Shown piece by piece: positions 63,411 through 64,000 of a stretch of 64,000 nucleotides of DNA. The notes beneath the pieces are model-generated. The model saw only the letters and a list, made by a program, of their open reading frames with translations. It did not search any database and had not been told where the DNA came from. The stretch's first letter is position 1. Every line of letters begins with the position of its first letter. The DNA comes from Psychrobacter sp. UBA6766 (GTDB lineage: Bacteria; Pseudomonadota; Gammaproteobacteria; Pseudomonadales; Moraxellaceae): positions 2,613 through 66,612 of the forward strand of contig NZ_DKGQ01000020.1 of the NCBI RefSeq assembly GCF_002453355.1, in the 5' to 3' direction. The position numbers were made by a program, and so were the translations under genes.

Positions 63411-64000
63411 ATGACTTCAGCTTCAGCTTCAACTCCATTATTCTTTGAAAAAATTAGTGCGCCGGATAGCTTTATCGTATGTTGTTTTTATACCGACAGT
63501 TACCGCAGTCATGCTTTAAATCTAAAGCAATCACTCGATAAATTTAATTTAAACTACTACTTTAAAGAAGTTGAAGATGCAGGTTACTGGGAAGCGAATA
63601 CTCGCATCAAACCACACTTTATTTTAGAGTGTTTAAAGAAGTTCCCTAATAAAAATATTTTATATTTGGATGCCGATGCTCTGGTCAAAAAACCTTTAGA
63701 TTATTTTAATACTATCAATACTGATGTTGCATTTTATAAGACTAAAGGTATGCCTGGCATGTCGCATGATTACTTAGCTAGTACTATGTTTTTTAGCAAT
63801 ACTGCCAATACTATGGTTCTAGTAGAACAATGGATAACCGAACAAGTAGACGGCAAACAAACACAAGTGGACCAAGACAGTTTGGATGTCGCTATGGAGA
63901 AGCTTGGCGACACTTTAACCGTAGAAGCACTCAATCCCGGTTATATAAAAATATTCGATAAAGACTATGATGGTGATATTTATATTGAGCAATATCAGGC
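63411..64000 (+). CDS. putative nucleotide-diphospho-sugar glycosyltransferase, N-terminal part (runs off the right edge; not in the ORF track)
   Basis: My own translation from ATG 63411 is MTSASASTPLFFEKISAPDSFIVCCFYTDSYRSHALNLKQSL...KNILYLDADALVKKPL... The frame is open to the window end. The DxD motif LDADA lies in a GT-A-like context. Confidence 0.55.
   Translation, partial: MTSASASTPLFFEKISAPDSFIVCCFYTDSYRSHALNLKQSLDKFNLNYYFKEVEDAGYWEANTRIKPHFILECLKKFPNKNILYLDADALVKKPLDYFNTINTDVAFYKTKGMPGMSHDYLASTMFFSNTANTMVLVEQWITEQVDGKQTQVDQDSLDVAMEKLGDTLTVEALNPGYIKIFDKDYDGDIYIEQYQ

Noticed and set aside
1-64000. Window-wide search by eye for tRNA/rRNA/tmRNA/RNase P/SRP RNA signatures, CRISPR repeat arrays, integrase/recombinase genes, toxin-antitoxin pairs and known defence-system genes.
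   Set aside because: None were found. All intergenic gaps over 200 bp were read on both strands. They contain only promoters, terminators and the repeats listed above. A covariance-model scan (Infernal/tRNAscan) would be needed to exclude small structured RNAs formally.

Overview
This 64-kb segment looks chromosomal and mostly housekeeping. Gene content and synteny suggest a Moraxellaceae-like gammaproteobacterium (Psychrobacter/Acinetobacter-like), but that is inference only. I can support 47 protein-coding genes, two of which run off the window edges, plus one IS630-family transposase remnant, a set of rho-independent terminators and several dyad or tandem repeats. I saw no rRNA, tRNA, CRISPR array, prophage, integron or recognisable defence system.

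Core genes:
- dnaE, aspS, trmJ, cysE, folB-folK
- the aromatic amino-acid operon pheA-hisC-tyrA/aroA (fusion)
- tal, apt, sdaA, argJ, xthA, ggt, sohB, lpxL

Less ordinary content, in order of interest:
1. A minus-strand cluster encodes a FadE2/ACAD10-11-class acyl-CoA dehydrogenase, an ACAD10/11-N-like APH kinase, a histidine phosphatase and an SDR. It faces two tandem paralogous acyl-CoA ligases separated by an IS630 remnant. This is a candidate lva-like 4-hydroxy-acid (4-phosphoacyl-CoA) catabolic locus in split form.
2. A 2411-aa trimeric autotransporter adhesin with large, recently duplicated internal modules lies directly downstream of, and co-oriented with, a CpxRA-like two-component system. 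The divergently transcribed CpxP/Spy homologue of that system is a predicted lipoprotein.
3. A 54-codon rubredoxin gene is missed by the ORF track (below its length cut-off). It is followed by an esterase, a rubA-estB arrangement without a rubredoxin reductase.
4. An orphan Hpt phosphotransfer gene overlaps trmJ by one nucleotide (TAATG).
5. An AT-rich LOS/LPS-core glycosyltransferase cluster at the right edge contains an unclassifiable 255-aa protein.
6. A perfect 21-bp inverted repeat with possible target-site duplication sits in the cpxR/cpxP intergenic region.

I did not find a clear-cut, wholly novel multi-gene system. The ACAD/kinase/phosphatase cluster is the best candidate for follow-up.
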